Positions 57,772-64,000 of a stretch of 64,000 nt of DNA are shown here, piece after piece. This DNA comes from Chrysomallon squamiferum (Eukaryota > Animalia > Mollusca). The notes beneath the pieces are model-generated. The model worked only from the letters and a program-made list of their open reading frames with translations. It was not told where the DNA came from and made no database searches. Made by a program: the position numbers and the translations under genes. How positions within the stretch are numbered: position 1 is the stretch's first letter; each line of letters begins with the position of its first letter. The stretch is taken from NCBI GenBank assembly GCA_012295275.1, contig CM022674.1, forward strand, positions 5,332,001-5,396,000, in the 5' to 3' direction.

Positions 57772-58879
57772 ATTCATTCTGTTTTTACTGCTGTTGTTGT
57801 TGTTGTTGTTGCTGCTGCTGCTGTTGTGGTTTTCATCAGTTTTTTTCTATCTTGTCATTGCCTGTATGTTTATCACAAATGATAGACATCTTCTATTTGA
57901 AACGTTTTGCTAAAGTAACAGTTTATTTAACAATCATCCATATTAGGGTACTTAGCTTATTGGATGACGAAGGAACCTATTATAATAAACATGTACAGTG
58001 TTTGGATCTTTCTTCTTCTGTGAGAATATATTCAACATTCTAACACCAGTACTTATAAAATAATAATATTTTAGTTGATTTATAAATATAGAGACTTACA
58101 CACACATACACACACACACAGACACATACAAATATATTTATAGATAAAAATAAATAACTAGACAGGCAGACATATAGAACTACAGACATTAAGTTGGGTA
58201 GATAGATAGACAGGAAGATAGATTTAAAAAATAGTGGTTAAAAATATAGCTAAACTGAACTGACATAAACACACACACACACACATACATATATATACAT
58301 ACATATGTATATACAAAGAAAAGACGAAATGAACAGAGAAAGCGAGATAGATGGATAAACAGAAAGACAGAATAACGTATTTTGTAGAAAAGTAAGAAAG
58401 AAAGAGAGAGAAAGAGATAAAAACATATTTAAAAAAAAAATTATTGTTGTTTCAGAATTTATAAGTTGATTATACATCAGTTACAAAGATCGTGCCTCTC
58501 AGTGAAACTCTGTTTCAACGTTTGAAATGACGTCACGTGATTCTTTCTTGTGGACGACATCGAGTGACTGCGCAGTTGGCAGTGATATCGCGAATCAGCA
58601 TGAAAGAGAGACCACACTGTGAAAGGTGTTTTGTAAGCAACGACAGCAGCGACAGAAACTGTGATAGCAACGGAAACCACATCAACAACGACCGCAGCGT
58701 GAAAAATGTACAAACAAGCCCATCTGCTGGTGTAACATTGCAAGTTTAACAACGACAATGACAGCATGAAATTTGGTTTCTGCAAACATGTTTGTTCTCC
58801 TTTGTTTTGTTTTCTAAGTTATTGTCATTATTTAAATATAATAAATAATAAAGTTATACCATCCACAAAACTACTACTA

Positions 58880-58929
<50 letters not shown>

Positions 58930-59443
58930 ACTGCTACTACTACTATTACTACTACTGCTACTACCATTACAACTACTGCTTCTACTACTACTATATTATT
59001 ACTACTATTACTACCACTTCCACCACTACTATTATTACTGCAAATGCCGCCACTACTGCTAACAACAGCGATAATGTTGACGTTGATGATGGTGACGAAG
59101 ACGATAATAATAATATTAATATAATATTCATAAGCTCTTACCACAACCCCCCCCCACGACACTACTGGATTAGATGACGTCACGCGGTCACCGTCATATT
59201 AACCGATAATCCACTTCGTAACTAAAACACGTTTTGCTATTACTGAAATCTACGGAGGGCGGGTCCACAAACTGTTAATCTCTAGTGGGGGGGTTAGGGT
59301 GTGGGCGATAAAGACAGAAGTCCAAACACAACATGATTTCTTTTCTTAATACCTTTATATATATATATATATATAAAACGGCTTAGGGTAATAAATAAAG
59401 AGATGTAATATTCGTTGTTGGTGGATATACTGAATATACAATT

Positions 59444-59812
59444 ATGAAGCCGTGTGTAGCTATTTTGTTTTTCCTGGGTAAGTTAGTAATGTTGTTATTT
59501 ATTGATTGACTGAATGACTGACCGATCGATCGATTGATTTATCGATTGATTGATTTAATTTTATTTTATTTTAATTTATTTAATTTTATTTTAATTTACG
59601 TTTGTAAATGTGTGTATGTGTATGTGTATATGTATATGTGTGTAAATGTGTGTGTATGTATATATGTGTGTGTATGTGTGTGTGTGTGTGTGTGTGTGAG
59701 TGTATGTGTTTTGTGTTTGTGTGTGGTTTTGGATTTCTGATTTTTATATTTTACACTGATGAGCTACTTACACGGACTAAGACACAAACTCACACCCACC
59801 CACAAAAACACT

Positions 59813-59844
<32 letters not shown>

Positions 59845-60447
59845 CACACTCTCTCTCTCTCTCTCTCTCACACACTAAAACACACATACACACGCTTAAT
59901 GTTCAGAAAATATATTTGAAGGCTGAGGAGACACTTATATGTTTTATTACTCTGTTTCAAGTTTACGTAAAAGGTGTATGGCATGTACACACAGCTGTAT
60001 TTAGTCTGTGTGAAACCGCAAGCTATACAAAACTTGAAGGCCCTTTTTTATAATAATAATAATATATTTTATTCCCCAAATATTTCATACTGTACAAATT
60101 CTAAAGAGGCCTAAGGTTGTTCAACTTGTGCCTAAATCCCATACGGTACATTATGAAGGCTTTTATGATATAAGCATAAAATAATGTGCACATGTACATC
60201 TATCGTTTTCATTTCTTTCTGTCTCTGTGAACAAAACAAAAAAACAGAAAGAATGAAAACAAAAATTCTCCAATGACAAAGAACATGGGGATAAACTATT
60301 AATAAAAACTATTGTTTTCGGAACCGTGAAACAACAACAACAATAACAACAATAATAGATACTGAAAAAAAATCTACAACAAAATGGAGTGTTCATTAAA
60401 ATAGACATAGAGTCAGACATACATGGTTATAGATAGATAGATAGATC

Positions 60448-60545
<98 letters not shown>

Positions 60546-61281
60546 TAGATAGATGGATGAATGGATGGATGGATATGGTTTGTTACATTTTTTTAAAACA
60601 TATTTTTTTTATTTTTCAGTTATGCTAATTGCCATAGTAAATGCACATCATCATCGACGGCACGGACATCATCGACATCACAGACATCACGGTCATCATC
60701 ACGGACATCATCACGGTCATCATCACGGTCATCATCACGGACATCATCACGGTCATCATCACGGACACCACGGACACCATCACGGTCATCATCACGGACA
60801 CCACGGACATCATCATGGTCATCATCATGGTCATCATCACGGTCATCATCATCATGACGAATGCTGCTGTTGTTGCTGTTGTTGCGACAGTGGCAGCAGC
60901 GGTTGCAGTAGTAGTGGAAGCTGCAGCAGCGGTTGCAGTAGTAGTGGAAGCTGCAGCAGCGGTCACTGCGACAGTTGCTGCTGCTGTGGTAGCTGCAGTG
61001 GTAGCAGCTCTGGTAGCTGCAGTGGTAGCAGCTGCGAAAGCGGGTGTTGTTCTGGCAGCTGCAGTGGAAGCAGCGGCAGCTGTTGTTGTTGTTGTTGTTG
61101 TTGTAGCGAGAGCGGCAGTGGAAGCGGCCACTGCGACGACTGCTGTTGCTGTGACGACTGCGGCCACGGCGGACACAGTGAATGTTGTAGCGGAGGGCAC
61201 TGTGAGAACTGCGGTGACTGTGACAGTTCGTGCTGCTGTAGCGAATCGCATCATTCCTCTGTGACTTTTGACAAAAAATAA
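59444..61281 (+). CDS. Secreted His-rich/Cys-rich protein D (231 aa); exons 59444-59477, 60620-61281
   Basis: [12 protein letters not shown]|GTAAGT ... TTTTTCAG|TT gives signal [20 protein letters not shown]; then ~70-aa (GHHH)n domain (~51 His) and a Cys/Ser/Gly domain (~45 Cys, two C8 runs); mixed codon usage; TATAAAA 59372-59378; AATAAA downstream. Confidence 0.9.
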
Positions 61282-61624
61282 ACACGTCACCTTTTTGAAA
61301 CCATCACAGCACAAAGGTATTTAGTTTATTTTGTAGTTTAACTTTAATACACAGGACTCCTCTATGTGTTCGTGAAAACGTCCAGTGTGTAAACATACAC
61401 AGTATTGTACAGTAGTTGTAGTATGTTCAAGTATGAACAATGAGTAATCTAAGGACTGTATAAAGTGCATTAAAGGAAATCAAACACAAATTCCGTGCAT
61501 AGTTATAGTGTAATAAGTAAAATTAAAGTTTGTAATAAATTTAGACTTCTCGGAAAAAAATTTCGTATATCATAACAAGATCGCATGTTCATAAGTAGTA
61601 GGGGAGTCTCTGTAATACAACTAC

Positions 61625-61675
<51 letters not shown>

Positions 61676-62094
61676 TGATGATGATGATGATGATGATGAT
61701 AATAATAATAATTAATAGTAGTAGTAGTAGTAAAGTGGTTGTAGTAGTAGCTGTAGTAATAGGAGTAGCAGCATCAGTAGTAGTAGTAGTAGTTGCAGCA
61801 GCAGTTGTAGTAGTTGTAGTACTAGTGGTGGTAGTAGTTGTGGTAGCAGGAGTACTAGTAATAGTAGTAGTAGTAGTATGATGATAATGATTATAACTAT
61901 TATAATAAATAAATTAATTAAAATAATAATATAATTTCATATAATTATAATATGATACATGAACTAATACAATATAATATAATATTTTCCTTTATAATTA
62001 AACTTTCTTTTGTTGTATATTACTTTTAACTGGCCTGAATTACATTATGTAAATATTGTTTTGTTATGTGATTCTTTTAACCTAATCATCATTA

Positions 62095-62144
<50 letters not shown>

Positions 62145-62464
62145 TATCAGGTGCTAAATCGGAAAAGAACCACAAAGCTCAAACTGAAGTAGCAAGATTC
62201 TGGAACGGGAAAAAACATTTGCACAGTACTGTGAATTCTGATACCGGACAATGGCCTCTACTATTATATAATTTGTTATATATCTGCCATCTGGTTATGG
62301 CGGTCAAATAAAATGAATAAAATGATGTTATTTTAAAATATATTATTTCTTATCATGTAAAAAACACGTTCTAAATTCACGACATGTTAATGAATGTACG
62401 ACTGAATACAAATAGGAAAATATACAAGATAATCCAGTATCAAGGACAGAGGTAGGTAGGCAAA

Positions 62465-63050
<586 letters not shown>

Positions 63051-63649
63051 GCAAATACAAAATAGCTATCTACAAACAGACAACAGAATAGAAATCTATC
63101 TACACAGAAATAATAGCATATATTAATTTTTAAAACACGCTGTCTAACACAGCAAAGTGTCACAAATAAAATGTACTCAGCCACGTTACTGTACGTAAAC
63201 ACCTGAATACGAAACTAAACGCCTTAGCTTCGTACATTCGTTTCTCTTTCTCTGCATGCATAGGGAAGAGGCGTGTTAGATTTTAAATCTTCACTGATTG
63301 TCTTCACGAGTTCTCCCAGGGTTTGTACTGAACTTGTGAAGTTAAGCTTTTTAAAAGACGACAGTTGAATCAGTGTGGAGGCAGGTTTATATATCTTGCC
63401 TGGACGTTAAATCAATGTTAGGTTTGTTGTAATGGCAGTCTGAGTTTGAAGAAATATAAGAGTTACATACGAGGGGAGGTAATTTATTCTACGTAACGAT
63501 GGAACCGTCTGGTTTTGTGTTAAGAGTTGTGGTTCTTGCGTCGGTGAAAAATCTACAAGAATAGGTAAGAGTTTTGTTTTGTATCTGTTTTTCTCTTTTT
63601 ATTTCTGTTTCTTCATCCTTATTTCCGTCTTAGTCTTAGTATCTCTTAT

Positions 63650-63728
<79 letters not shown>

Positions 63729-64000
63729 GTGTCCGTCTGTCTGTCTCTATATAGGTGATTTTCCTTTAACATTTCGCTTATCAGTAACGTTATTTCTTCA
63801 AAATTAATATGGTAACGAAATTGTCAAAGTAATATTGTGTTTAATATTATATATGTGTGTATAAATAGTTTATATAGCCTATATATATGCTGTAAGTTCG
63901 TGTGTGTATTGTATATAGATTATAGATAGATGCACGTATACATACATAAATACGTACACATCACAATAAGCTGAATTAGTACAGGTGTAATGTAGATATA

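Noticed and set aside
60620-61314. Overlapping long ORFs in other frames/strand (229, 221 and 207 aa)
   Set aside because: Shadows of the low-complexity His/Cys exon; only the His/Cys frame splices to a signal-peptide exon
62151-62317. Possible exon after TTATCAG (AKSEKNHKAQTEVARFWNGKKH...)
   Set aside because: No partner exon or recognisable motif; acceptor context is a microsatellite
63498-63570. Donor-like AG|GTAAGA with upstream CVKSCGSC frame
   Set aside because: The frame has an upstream stop and no acceptor or ATG; it could be a non-coding first exon but cannot be supported within the window

Overview
Eukaryotic, AT-rich, microsatellite-dense genomic DNA; an invertebrate, probably a mollusc (taxon is inference). 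Two compartments. (1) 1-~47.7 kb: tandem array of 11 copies of a 5-exon gene for a ~233-aa BTB/POZ protein of the 'serine-enriched protein' (gprs-like) type. There are 7 copies on + (the first is cut by the window edge, two carry homopolymer frameshifts) and 4 on -. The spacers hold orphan inverted copies of the 3' UTR, an RNase H-type LINE insertion with TSD and 5' inversion, and transposase remnants. (2) ~48.8-61.3 kb: a cluster of four two-exon genes, largely missed by the ORF track, encoding secreted Cys-rich or His/Cys-rich proteins. All four have a phase-1 intron splitting the signal peptide and a TATA box 60-85 nt upstream. They are an 18-Cys metallothionein-like peptide, two CCCKKCGGCHHCGC peptides with an identical mature region, and a 231-aa protein with a (GHHH)n domain followed by a poly-Cys/Ser/Gly domain. 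This cluster is the most interesting candidate system. Most other ORFs in the track are microsatellite or antisense artefacts.
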